DNA of 62,511 bases, filler included, from Basidiobolus ranarum (GCA_040143965.1; 40 parts of 40 records of this genome joined end to end with filler, not necessarily neighbours in it), one strand, 5' to 3'; shown: positions 26,185-38,233, numbered from the whole stretch's first letter. Notes: generated from the letters alone by a model not told the origin. Numbers and translations are program-made.

Positions 26185-26573
26185 TCAGTGTCTATTGCCA
26201 CTGAAATATCTGATTTTAAAGGAACGATGAGCAAATTTCTTGTAGGCTCTTCTGGGACGGTACATTGGCCACTGAGGAATGATGATCTGGGGTTGAGGTG
26301 GCTGAGCTGGTTGGTACACAGTTTGGTCGACCAACTGAGCTTGATCAAATTGATTCGAGTTAGACAGAGCTTGACTACGTTGGGAAGAGTGACCTTTCAC
26401 TTCGTCAAGTAGTGCTTGTTTGGGCTGTAATTGACTCAGATCAACATTCCATGAAGAAGGAGTCGCGGAATATGAAGGGGCCTCTTGAGTTTGGTCTTCA
26501 ATCTGTGACTGGTCGCCTTCAGCTGGAGCTTGTTCCATTTGACCTTGATCGAAAGTAGATTTCTCACCTGCTG
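26185..26573 (-). CDS. Tandem paralog of the Gln-rich secreted protein, C-terminal part
   Basis: 26407-26550 is nearly identical to 25107-25250; ends ..RPRRAYKKFAHRSFKIRYFSGNRH*. Confidence 0.75.
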
Positions 26574-26673
26574 NNNNNNNNNNNNNNNNNNNNNNNNNNN
26601 NNNNNNNNNNNNNNNNNTTAATTAATTAANNNNNNNNNNNNNNNNNNNNNNNNNNNNNNNNNNNNNNNNNNNN

Positions 26674-28139
26674 TGCTACAGCTGTATATCTGAAGAATAG
26701 GAGTTTACTAGAAGTCTGTCTAAATCTACACCATATCTAGCTTGATCTGGAGTTATACTTGATGTAAAATATTTGAAGATCTTTGGATGCATTGCTTATG
26801 TCAAAATTATGACCAAAATTTGGTCTAACCTTCTGAAGTGCTTAATACAATGCCAGAAGTTGTAGTACCTTTATCCCAAACTAGGAGATCAAATAGGATC
26901 AGCAATAGCTCTGATTAGTATATCAAGGAGTCCCAAAATTGGACCTATGCCTACACAGCCCAAAGAGGCCCCAAATGGCCCTCACACAATATTTTGGAGA
27001 TCTGCAATGGCTAATAAATTCCAGCCTTTGACTGTTAATGAAACCTGGATTTAAACTAAATTACCAGATGATAAAAAATTAATTGGCTGCTGATGGGTAT
27101 TTGAAGTGAGATACAACTCTGACAGCAATATGGAAAGGTACAAGGCTAGACTAGTGGCCAAAGGCTATTACCAAACTCCAGGAATTGGTTATACAGAAAC
27201 TTTTGCTTCTCTAGCAAGGTTTAATTTAACTAAATTGATTTTAACAATTTCAGCTAAATATTGGTGTATTATACATCCAATGGATTTTAAAACTCCCTTT
27301 TTGAATGGTGAGCTTGCTGAGAAGATCTGTATGGACCAGCTGGATGGATTTGTGGACCCAGAAAATCTCAAAAAAGTTTGTAGACTCCAGAAAACACTCT
27401 ATGGCTTAAAATAATCTACAAAAGCTTCTGGAAACACTCAAATTCCAAAAGAGTAATGCTGAGTATGTTATCTACTTCAGGTCAGATAAGACTAACCCAG
27501 CTTTGTTAGCCTTATGTGTGGATGACCTTATTATAGCAACCAAGGACTAGAATGTTGAAATTAGCTTTACCTAAACACCTACATAGTCATATATAGCTTA
27601 GTACTTATTTATCTCATACTTCACTAAGATATAACCCATTTTTCTTAATCAGAATTTACTTGTAATATTTTTACCAACTTAGAAGTTCTCAGATATATAC
27701 CATTTTTCAAACTAGTGTTAGAAGCACCAAACTTTGCACCCATGTTTCTGGGACTTTCCTTAACAAATTCTACTTGTTAGTTTGTTTGCATTTTGACAAA
27801 ATTATAAATGTCACCTTTCAACTCAATAAATCAATAAGTGAATACCGCCAATTTCTCTAATTCTCCAAACCACTTCCAACAGGCTCCCTAATACTTTAAC
27901 ATTTTAAGTTTGAGCCAGAAGCTCATAACTTTGTACACATGTCTCAAGAACCTTCTTTAAAGTGCTGTACATGCTAGTTTGCTTACATCCTAACAAAATT
28001 ATAAATGTTAACTTTGTTGAAGTATTTGGGAGCCAGTTGGAAGTGGTTTGGAGAATTAGAGGAATTGGTGGTTTTCACTTATTGATTTATTGAGTAGAAA
28101 GTTGACATTTATAGTTTTGTCAATATGTAAACAAACTAA
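26674..28139 (+). mobile_element. Degenerate copia pol interrupted by LTR A (27553-27901), plus an inverted LTR A part (28015-28139)
   Basis: ERYKARLVAKGYYQ, QKTLYGLK; TGTTGAAATTAG...TACTTTAACA. Confidence 0.9.
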
Positions 28140-29530
28140 NNNNNNNNNNNNNNNNNNNNNNNNNNNNNNNNNNNNNNNNNNNNTTAATTAATTAANNNNN
28201 NNNNNNNNNNNNNNNNNNNNNNNNNNNNNNNNNNNNNNNTTTCTGCTTTGCAACATTCATACATATACTCCTGATCTCCATACATTAGTTAAGAAACTAC
28301 AAAAGTAGTTATGGCTTCTTTGTTTTGTTTGAAATAAAGATTTCACCTTTTGGTGACTGTCCCCCCCCCTAACCCTTTCATCCTTACCTTCCCTTACCCT
28401 TACCAGAACATCTATACCTTGACCCTACAAAACAGCCTAAAATTGTTACTATAGACTTCCAGCTACACCTTTGGAAGCAATACCTTGCCTCTAAGACACC
28501 TTTCTTGATTCCTATTATTGCAGGTCTTTGTCCTATTGTCCATCTAATTTGTGCTGAGTTCCTTTCTTTCTGCTTGCCACCTTTGCTTCTTAACACTATA
28601 TTTACATCCTCTGAACTTGATTATATTGGTCAGCAAGTTATGTATGGATATGATCCAGTATTGTCACAATGTCTTAAAAGATTGAAGTCTTGATTGTCAG
28701 TTTGTTTAGGTGAGTGTATGAGCTAAATAAAGTCTACACCACCTGGTGCTTTTCATCCTCTCTAATCCAAATTTAAGAAAAGTAGGGATAGAGGAACTGG
28801 ATGATGTTTAAATGCTCTGGCACCTTCAGTTATAACCATAAGACCTATAGAGCACAAGTATCCAAGACAGCCAGTCACATCTGCGGATTGTTATTTCTGT
28901 GGCAAACTGCGGAGTATATAGCCAAATAAGGAATAGATAGGATAATGGCATTGCATACTGAAAAATCAGTATCTCCATGGATATGGTTATTGTACATCGT
29001 GATTGGATAAATTGGTCAAAAGAGAACCCTATACACTTCAGCATTAAGCACTTAAAGATACCCAGTGAGTGATTACCCACTTGTGATTAAAGTATGCTTG
29101 GATTGGTGAACATGTCTCCTAAACTTACAAGAAACGTAGGGCTTGGGCTTATCTCATGTAAACTTCTATACAAAGCTAAAGACATACTTCCCTATATATG
29201 ATGCAAGATGCTACGCGGCAAATCTATATTCTCCCGTCAACATCTACCCAACAAAACCTCTCAGGACCAGATTCATAGTACTAGCTACATTAGCCACTAC
29301 CAAGATGAGAAGTGGCAAGAGAGATATAACCGTAACTTCTCCCCACCGCTTTACTTACTATCATTATTTATACCTCATATGAAGTGTATGTGTTTCTTGT
29401 AGCCAAGATAGAATGATGCTCTTAAATGCATTTATTGGATTAACATGCACTTCCATTTACCAACTGGGTTACATTTATTTCAAATTGGGTGTCATAATGA
29501 GCTTCGTAATTATTTCGTGCATACATGCTG

Positions 29531-29582
29531 TGTTTCTTGATTGCTTCTTGTGTTTCTTGATTGCTTCTTGTGTTTCTTGATT
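29531..29582. repeat. 20-bp tandem repeat TGTTTCTTGATTGCTTCTTG x2.6
   Basis: Read directly from sequence. Confidence 0.9.
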
Positions 29583-29805
29583 CTCTAGTAGCCAGACCAA
29601 TAGGCTCCATTGTTTGTGACTTTGGCTGAGTCGTAAACAAGATAGGTAGAACTGTTGTATGGTCGGGACGGGAACACGCCAATAAAGTTGCTCTGAATTT
29701 CCATANNNNNNNNNNNNNNNNNNNNNNNNNNNNNNNNNNNNNNNNNNNNTTAATTAATTAANNNNNNNNNNNNNNNNNNNNNNNNNNNNNNNNNNNNNNN
29801 NNNNN

Positions 29806-30080
29806 CTTCAATAATGGTGCTCCTATTAGGAAATTAATCATCTGCAAGTATTGCCAGAAACCAGGCCATTTAATCAAAGATTGCAGAAAAAGGATTTTTG
29901 CCGAAAAGCTAAAATCCGAACAAGCAAATCAAGTAAGCACTGATAGAGATCATCTATTTGTGTCTGCCTTATCAGTAACCACTAAAGAAGACTCAGAAAC
30001 GTGGTACATTGATTCAGGAGCTTCCCAGCATATGTCAAACAGGAAAGATTGGTTTTTCAGCTTAAAACCAATCTAGACAC
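29806..30080 (+). mobile_element. Copia gag zinc knuckle and protease start
   Basis: CKYCQKPGHLIKDC..WYIDSGASQHM. Confidence 0.92.
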
Positions 30081-31160
30081 ACCCACCAGTATCTTCATGG
30101 AGTTTTGCAATAGTAAAAAATAATCAGCTACACTAGAAGTAACCATGCAGATGAGCAACTTTCTTTATTGCGATACAGTTGGAAAAGTCTTGCCTAGCAA
30201 GTCTATGAATCAACAGAAGAATTGGCTCTGGACATCTTTACAAAGCCATTCATAAAAGTCAACTTGGCAGTAAAAAATAACACGGAATTATAGAATAGAA
30301 ATAGGAATTTTTGTGAGTGTCGCACTCAAGTGTTAAGCAAACATTATCATACATAGCATAATTAAATAGTATATAACTTACCCATATCTCAAAAATATTG
30401 ACAAAGATAAATCTGTTTCCCGATAATAATAATAACCGTACAATAGATTCATTGTTATTGTTTTTTCATAACCAAAGTGGAATTAAGCATATGTGTCTTC
30501 TAACTGTCCAAAGTACTTCCAGTTCATTCCAAACACTTGAAATAAATGTTTTATTGCAGATATTTATTTCTCCAGATACTGTATGAAATTGCTCTTATCA
30601 CCAGTAATATTAAGCTTCAAACAGGTAGCACAGATATTTCGGAAAAAAGACAAAAGGAAATGTACATTTACACTATGTAAGTTGCGTCAATAACGTATGA
30701 TTGATATTTTGAGCTATATCTAAATCGAATACTTAGCATGCTGTTGTCTGCTTATTACTGTATTCGGCGGGAATTTTTACTGGAGCGGTAATATTGTGGT
30801 GTTAATCTCACGTTTACTGTGATCATTGCAGACTCAAGTGATACAAACACCTCGGATATGCGAATAATAGATGAAAGTATGAAGAGGATCGATAAAATCA
30901 TATGATGACGCATCCCCATGATAGTCAACCAAATCGTACTTAAGTTACTGGGATGGAAACTTGAGAAACATGAACTCTTTTGGGAAATAAGATTCATATA
31001 ATAATGTAGCTAATCATAATGTCAACTAATTATGGTATTTTACTTAGTTGTGATATAATGATTCCATTTCGAGGCCCAGTGTACAGTTGTTGTCTCAGCT
31101 AAATTTTATAATTGCACATTCAATGGACCATATATAGAAATTATGGACTTCACCAGTCCC

Positions 31161-31271
31161 CTTGGGTGTAGACCACAAGACAAGACAAGACAAGACTGGA
31201 CAAGGAAGATACTTTGGTAAGAATCTTTATTGATAACTGGCATTGATCAGACTGAGGTCTGATCAAGGAAT
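31161..31271 (-). repeat. Chromovirus LTR fragment (R/U5) with the hairpin
   Basis: Matches 57453-57559, including TTGATCAGAC-TGAG-GTCTGATCAA. Confidence 0.88.
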
Positions 31272-31371
31272 NNNNNNNNNNNNNNNNNNNNNNNNNNNNN
31301 NNNNNNNNNNNNNNNTTAATTAATTAANNNNNNNNNNNNNNNNNNNNNNNNNNNNNNNNNNNNNNNNNNNN

Positions 31372-32334
31372 TTCTACTATATAAGTCACCATATACTCTT
31401 AAGAATAAACTAACTAAAACACACTATCATAAGTTGCTTCTAATACTCAAAGTCTACCCCATTATGTCAAGATCCTCCAACACATTGCCTAAACACCTAT
31501 ATTGTCATACTTAGTATTTAGTTAGGCTCTATTGAATTAACATGTCACCTCAGAGGAATTTACTTAGAAGTTTGATGATGTATAGATTTTTCAGACTTGC
31601 GCTAGAGGCCCCAAGCTTTGCACACATGTTTCTAGAACTTTCCTCAACGTAATATATATGTTTGTTTACTTGCATCTTAACAAATCTATAAATGTCAACT
31701 CTCAACTCAATGAATCAATAAGTGCAAACCACCAATTTCTCTAGTTCTCCAAACCACTTCCAACAGGCTCCCAATGTACTTTAGCAATTGATTACTCTTG
31801 GTATAATATTCAAGTGTCCAAGTACTATATTTGGGATCAATTCAGATAGCTCTCTAATTCTCACAAGAGCACTCATTCTCTTATATTCCTTCCATAAGTC
31901 TTAAATACTACTAATAAATATAGTTACATCTACAAAAATTCAAAATGGAAAAATTCGTCAAACTCCCTTGCATATTCTGGCAGAATATTAAGCACAATAT
32001 AAGTATGTATTGTCAAAATTAATACAGGTTAAATATCTATATAGTCATATATAGCTTAGTATTCAGTTACTCCATATTTCACTAAGATATCACCCACTAT
32101 TGTCAATTGGAATTTGTTTGGAAGTTCTCAGATATATAGATTTTTGAAACTTATACTAGAAGCCCCAAACTTTGCATGCATATTCCGGGGAATTTCCATA
32201 ACACTTCATGCTTATTTGTTTACTACTTAAACAAACTATAAATGTCAACTCTCTTCTCTAAACTAATAAGTAAAAGCCACCAATTCTTCTAGTTCTCCAA
32301 ACCACTTCCGACACACTTCTAAAACATTTCAACA
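31372..32334 (+). repeat. Cluster of copia LTRs: LTR C end (31372-31482) inside LTR A (31483-31786); second LTR A (~32030-32334)
   Basis: Similarity to 34975-35090 (reverse complement) and to 37147-37496. Confidence 0.82.
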
Positions 32335-32936
32335 TATATATTTATACTGGCATTACTTTGATAATACTAGGCTTAATTAATTAGGATACTAACCAGACAG
32401 TTATGAAAGTTATTGAGAATATTGCTCATTTGAATACTTGAATACTCGATCATAGTACTGCATCTATCAGAATAACTGGGCTTGAATTACGGACACCATC
32501 ATCTATCTTTGCCTTTAGTAAAAATACTATACCAAGTGCTGCTATATTGATGGATGATGTATTCTTATAGATAGGCGTACTTTAACCATCTTGAGCGTTT
32601 ATGAATAGCCGTCCATTCGAGGAGCTCTATTTTGTTTCCCAAGTGAATTAGTTGTGTATTTACTATTCCTTTCTTACTGTTCCTTAGAATTCCCATTTAG
32701 AGGATTACAATTATGCATAATATCGATCACACATTGGCGCTGGTAATATTCCCATATTGAGGCCTACCAACCAGTGATTATTCCAAATTTCCGCTTTGAT
32801 TTGGCTGTTAGGCAGTTGCTAACATTAGGTTACCACNNNNNNNNNNNNNNNNNNNNNNNNNNNNNNNNNNNNNNNNNNNNTTAATTAATTAANNNNNNNN
32901 NNNNNNNNNNNNNNNNNNNNNNNNNNNNNNNNNNNN

Positions 32937-33159
32937 AATTCCTACAGCAGTAAACCCAGTGATTTGCCATTCAATAATTATATTTTGCAAAAATTGCCAG
33001 ATATTGAATAATGCATGCCAAATTTGAGGATCAATATTTCAACATGTACAAATACCATAACAACACAGTCAAAAAACCACCATCACACCATCAAAGTCGC
33101 TGGCAAAATGCAAGCCACCAGTATTGTGATGGTTCTCCAATGGTTTTGCTCTTTTGGGG
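32937..33159 (-). mobile_element. Probable left terminus of the CACTA element (CCCCAAAAGA... on -)
   Basis: Reverse complement of 60139-60335; ends TCTTTTGGGG, similar to right end CCCTAACAGA; shares subterminal AACCATCACAAT. Confidence 0.65.
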
Positions 33160-33208
33160 GTGGAACTAATCCATATCAAATCAATTTTATTTTTGTTAGG
33201 AAGTTGAC

Positions 33209-33850
33209 ATGACAAGATCAAGGCCACATGATCAAAAGTTATATTACCAATATTGGGCTGAATCTATCCTTACAGCAGTCTTTAACACAGACAGATGCCC
33301 AATAAGATTACTACAAAATTCTACTACAACTGAAGCCCAATACAAATTCAAACCAGGTATGGATCATCTCAGGATCTTTGGTTGCACTGCATAGTGCCTG
33401 ATTCCAGCTCAAAAACACTCTGAACTGGAGCCTGATGCAGGAAAAGCATATTTCCTGCTTATTGTGATGGATCCAGGGCCCACAAATTGATTGACACCAA
33501 AATCAGAAGTCAATGAAGCTCAGAGATGTGCTTTTGTTGACAAACATATTTTCACCTCAAATCATAGTCCTTCATGCAGAAAACAGAATTATCACTATAG
33601 AGAGAGTGTCTGACCAAATTCTGGCTATATCTGGGCCCAATTCAATTGAGTTTCCAGCCCCAATTATATTAGGGAACAAATTTGGACCTAGAAGATGATC
33701 CAGAAGGAGAAATAAGCAAGGGAACTGGTGGAACATTTCCAATGATGATGAATATGTTTAAGTGGCACTCTGTGAGAAGCCACAGACTACAAGTTTAGTT
33801 GCACAAGGTTCTTTGCAGACCCCAGGAGTTGCTTTTGTTGAAACCTTTGA
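33209..33850 (+). mobile_element. Degenerate copia integrase C-terminus
   Basis: YWAES..TAV, HLRIFGCTA; similar to 22270-22850. Confidence 0.85.
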
Positions 33851-34400
33851 CCCTAACAGAAATTTGAGCATTGTTATTGTAGGAAAACCATCAAAATTTT
33901 AATCTATTTGGGATTGACCATTTACTTACATTCATAAAATCATCAAGTTAGATTTGATTTTAATCAATTTTTTCAGTTTCAGGGGTGAAATTTCAAGATT
34001 TTGCAAAATAGTTGTTCATGATTGGCTACAATCTCAGAGAATTATGGTTCAACACATAGGCAAAAAATGTAACTCAAATTTTACACAATTACCACTTGAA
34101 TGCTAATTTTCACCTTCAAAATCCCCAGTCTCTTTGATATATTCTCCTGTATATTTTTATAGAGTTCTTTGTACCCAAGGTTTAGCTCATACCCAACACA
34201 AGTTTGTATCAATATCTCCATCAAAGCCCACCATTGTATTAACGTTGCTGAATCAACATTATTCCAGCTATCTGGCAGATACCCTGCAATATTTGATAAA
34301 AGTGTTTAGGGGATTTGGAAGTGTTTTGGACAAGATTTGGATTTGTGAATTAGACACTTAAGTTTTATTGAATTGAATATGTCCTATTTATAGTTTACTA
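33851..34400 (-). mobile_element. CACTA right terminus and ORF2 end (33851-34293), interrupted by LTR family D (34294-34400)
   Basis: Starts CCCTAACAGAAATTTGAG; TGATAAAAGTGTTTAG matches 50582 onward. Confidence 0.82.
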
Positions 34401-34500
34401 NNNNNNNNNNNNNNNNNNNNNNNNNNNNNNNNNNNNNNNNNNNNTTAATTAATTAANNNNNNNNNNNNNNNNNNNNNNNNNNNNNNNNNNNNNNNNNNNN

Positions 34501-35667
34501 ATATCCATTTCAGGTACTTCATAGTTCACTGATTCCAGTTGTTGGGCAAGTTTCTTGACACCATTTACATATGTCATAATATCTGAATCCTCAGACATAC
34601 AAGAGTTTAAGAATTTTCTTTGTAGCATCATCAAGTGAGCAAGCCCTTTTTGCTCATGATGTTCCACTAGGATTTCCCATGCATTCTTGGCACAGTTAGC
34701 ATCTCTGCCTAGCATAAGCTGTTGTGATCCCAGTCTTAGACAAATTTCCCTAAATGCCAATCTATCTTTTTCTTTAAAGGTTGCCCTGGCTTCTTTGCTT
34801 CAGTGTCAGAATCTATACTTTCTTCTTCATCTGGTTGAACTACTTCCCAGGCATGTTTCCCTTCAGGCACAAGTTGCATCTTGAATTTCCATTCATGGAA
34901 ATCTTCCCCATTAAATGCTGGAATATTGGTAATCTTCTTTTAGGAAGAAGACTCTAATTCACTTGCTGCTATCATGTTGGAGGATCTTGACATAATAGGG
35001 GTAGACTTTGGGTAGTAGAAGCAACTTATGATAATGTGTTTTAGTTAGTTTATTCTTAAGAGTATATGGTGACTTATACAGTAGAAAAGTAAATCAATTG
35101 TTTGAGATATTCAGGAGTTAGTGTAATAAGCTATAGTAGATAAGTGGGGGTAATAAGACATACTTGTTATTGGGAAAATATTGGCTGTTTGGAGGAACTT
35201 TAGAAAAGTGGAGTTGTCAATAGCTTTGTGAGATAATTGTTTATTGTCCAGAAATAAAGTATTTATACTTTTTGGTGGAAATACAGAAAACTAACACTGG
35301 GGTTGTGTACAGAACATCTGTGGGAGTAAAATGAGCTATCTTTGGGGCAATTTGGATGAGTTTGAAATTTCCAATGTGGAATTGCTAATTCTCACATTAT
35401 TCACATATATATATACTATATGTTCTGATTTTTAGCTAAGTGATATTTGACTAAGTAATGTTAAATAACTGCTATATGAAATAGTTAGGTGTATAAAGAT
35501 AGAGATAACAAATATGATAAAGACAATAAACTTCAACACTTGTTATATAGATATAGAGATATTCCTATTTAGAATATAGGGGTTATAGATACATTGCTTT
35601 CTGTTTCTGATATATGTATCATAACTAAAGTTAACTATGATGTTGCATAAAGATCAATCAGCCAACA
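34501..35667 (-). mobile_element. Copia 5' LTR family C (34975-35667), PBS-like TGATAGCAGC and gag start
   Basis: LTR ends ..GATCCTCCAACA; gag FNGEDF.EWKFKM..., AKNAWEIL..LQRKFLNSCM. Confidence 0.88.
35168..35538 (-). repeat. Solo LTR family B nested in LTR C, 5-bp TSD CTTGT
   Basis: CTTGT at 35163-35167 and 35539-35543; the uninterrupted site is seen at 9481-9500. Confidence 0.95.
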
Positions 35668-36064
35668 GACACTCAAGCTTAATTCTACTCCTCTTGGAAT
35701 ACTTACCAATATACTTTTTGCTAATTACAATGACATTCATATATGGAAAGTATGTCCCACACAGGAATTTAACAATTGGCCATCTTTTGTATGGATACTA
35801 CTTAATGATATATTTTTATTCATCATATGATTTTCTTTCATATACTATGGTGGCTATCTGAGATGCCATACAAATGTATACAATACAAAACCAGTTCCAT
35901 GTAATAGATACTGGATCCAAAACTAATTGCAGAGTGGAATAAATCCTCAAAATAGTTTGTATAANNNNNNNNNNNNNNNNNNNNNNNNNNNNNNNNNNNN
36001 NNNNNNNNTTAATTAATTAANNNNNNNNNNNNNNNNNNNNNNNNNNNNNNNNNNNNNNNNNNNN

Positions 36065-37146
36065 TCAAAAATCCCATCAAAAATGATGAAAATTGGCCAA
36101 ATATGGCTCAAAATATGTCATTTGGAAGCCCTGAGTTCCCTTATCAATCTATGGTAGGTAGTTTGATCTATGCTACAACTGGAACCCAACTAGATATCTC
36201 TTTTGCAGTGGGAGTTGTCAGCCAATATGTCCAAAACCCAGGATCTGAGCATTATGCAGTTGTTAAGCGGATTTTCAAATATTCGAAGGGGATAATTGAC
36301 CTAGGATTAAGATACACATATTCTTATGAGAATGCGGATCTAATTGGGTTTAGTGATGCTGATTGGGGATGTGATATTGAGGACAGAAGATCTATCACTG
36401 GATACACCTTTCTCTATAGTGAAACAGGCATATCTTGGAATAGCAAGAAACAACTCACCATAGCACTTTCAACAACTGAAGCAGAATACATGGCAGCATC
36501 ACATACAATAAAGGAGGCTATGTGGCTAAGGAAACTGTTTAAAGACTTAGGCATCTTTAAAGTTTACCCACAATAATTTTCAAGGATAATCAAAGTTGTA
36601 TTTCTTTAGCTAAAAATCCCAAATTTCATGCTAGAAGTAAGCACATTGACATTCAACAGCACTTTGTTAGGGAAGCTATTGAGAATAAGCACATCCAACT
36701 ACTATACTGTCCAACTGAGGACATGCTTGCTGACATCCTTGCCAAACCATTACCCAAGCCAAAATTTGAAGAATTAAGATTTAAGTTAGGATTAATATAT
36801 ATGAATATTTAGTTTAGTGGGATTATTGAAGTTTATTGTCTTTATCATATTTGTTATCTCTATCTTTATTCACCCAACTATTTCATATATCACATAGAAA
36901 TTAGTTAACAGTACTTAGTCAAATATTCCTTAACTGAAAATTAGAACATATATTATATATATATATGTGAATAATGTTAGCAATTCCATATTGGAAATTT
37001 CAAACTTGTCCAAATTGCCCCAAAGATAGCTCATTTTACTCCCAGAGATGTTTTGAACACTACCCCAGTGTTAGTTTTCTGTATTTCCACCAAAATGTAT
37101 ATATGCTTTATTTCTGGACAATAAATAATTATCTCACAAAGCTATT
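36065..37146 (+). mobile_element. Copia RT end/RNase H and 3' LTR B (from 36824)
   Basis: GFSDADWG..DRRSITGY..SWNSKKQ..ALSTTEAEYMA; KHIDIQ; ADILAKPL. Confidence 0.95.
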
Positions 37147-37528
37147 TGTTTAAATTAGCATTGCCTAAGTGCCTGTATAGTCATATATAGCTTAATACTT
37201 AGTTATCTTATAATTCACCAAGATATTATCAATTATTCTAAATTGGGATTTACTTAGAATATTTTTACCAACTTAGAAGTTCTCAGATATATATAGATTT
37301 TTCAAATTTGTGCTAGAAGCCCCAAACTCTGCACACATGTTCCTGGGACCTTTCTTAACACATTCTACACATTAGTTTGCTTACATCTTGACAAAACTAT
37401 AAATGTCAACTTTCTATTCAATAAATCAATAAGTGAAAACCACCAATTCCTCTAATTCTCCAAACCACTTCCAACAGGCTCCCAAATACTTTAACAGGTT
37501 ATGAGCCCCAAGCTTGCACTCTCTGTAA
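37147..37528 (+). mobile_element. Copia 5' LTR A (37147-37496) with PBS GGTTATGAGCCCCA (37497-37510), inserted in LTR B
   Basis: TGTT...AACA termini, 350 bp; PBS directly adjacent. Confidence 0.92.
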
Positions 37529-37952
37529 NNNNNNNNNNNNNNNNNNNNNNNNNNNNNNNNNNNNNNNNNNNNTTAATTAATTAANNNNNNNNNNNNNNNN
37601 NNNNNNNNNNNNNNNNNNNNNNNNNNNNAATTTGCTGAAGAAGAAAAATTTTCAATCAAAACCATCCAGGATCAAGAAAAACAACCAAAAATTGATGAAA
37701 ATTCTTCTTTTTCTCACCAGATCCTGATCAGTGAGAAAACAATAAAACTTCTTCACCTGCTGTCTGCTCAACTAAGCCTGAGGTGGTTGCATTGCCTAAA
37801 TTGGTACCAGAAGTTGTAGTGCCAATTTCCCATCTTAGGCAATCTAATTGAATGAGATCTCAACCTGATTACTACTCTCACACTTGCCAAAAGAAAACTA
37901 GTGCCAATTTAGCCTCTTCTGATGAGCCCAAATCAGTACAGGAGGCTATGGA

Positions 37953-38233
37953 TGTTGAAAGTCTGGTGACTTGTGGTACATGCAGTAATTCCAAAAGAGG
38001 AAAATATGGAGCATGGTGACTGCATCTGAACACAAAGGCTAAGGCAAATCAGTTGCTTGTATAGCTGAAATGCCAAAGTATCATACATTAACAGACTAGG
38101 TTAAGGTCCCCTAGCAACATAGGCATAGCACACAAGGACTGGTAGCTCAGTGGTTAGAGCACCTGCTAAAGTGAAGGAGATGCCAGGTTCAAATCCTGGC
38201 CAGACCAATATTTCTCCCTAAATAATTTCAACA
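37953..38233 (+). mobile_element. 281-bp solo LTR containing a tRNA-like sequence (Helenus-type TRIM-like)
   Basis: TGTTGAAA...TTTCAACA inverted ends; TSD ATGGA at 37948-37952 and 38234-38238; removing it restores the host RT frame. Confidence 0.9.
38136..38207 (+). ncRNA. tRNA-like (pseudo-tRNA) with Pol III A and B boxes inside the LTR
   Basis: GGACTGG/CCAGACC acceptor (one mismatch), TAGCTCAGTGG A-box, CCAGG-TTCAAAT-CCTGG T arm; anticodon arm degenerate. Confidence 0.85.

Noticed and set aside
33851-33865. CCC terminus as piggyBac
   Set aside because: None of the five flanks is TTAA, and the linked transposase has EnSpm/CMC motifs.
38136-38207. Functional tRNA gene
   Set aside because: Anticodon arm does not form a 5-bp stem with 7-nt loop, the acceptor has a mismatch, and it lies inside a TSD-flanked LTR.
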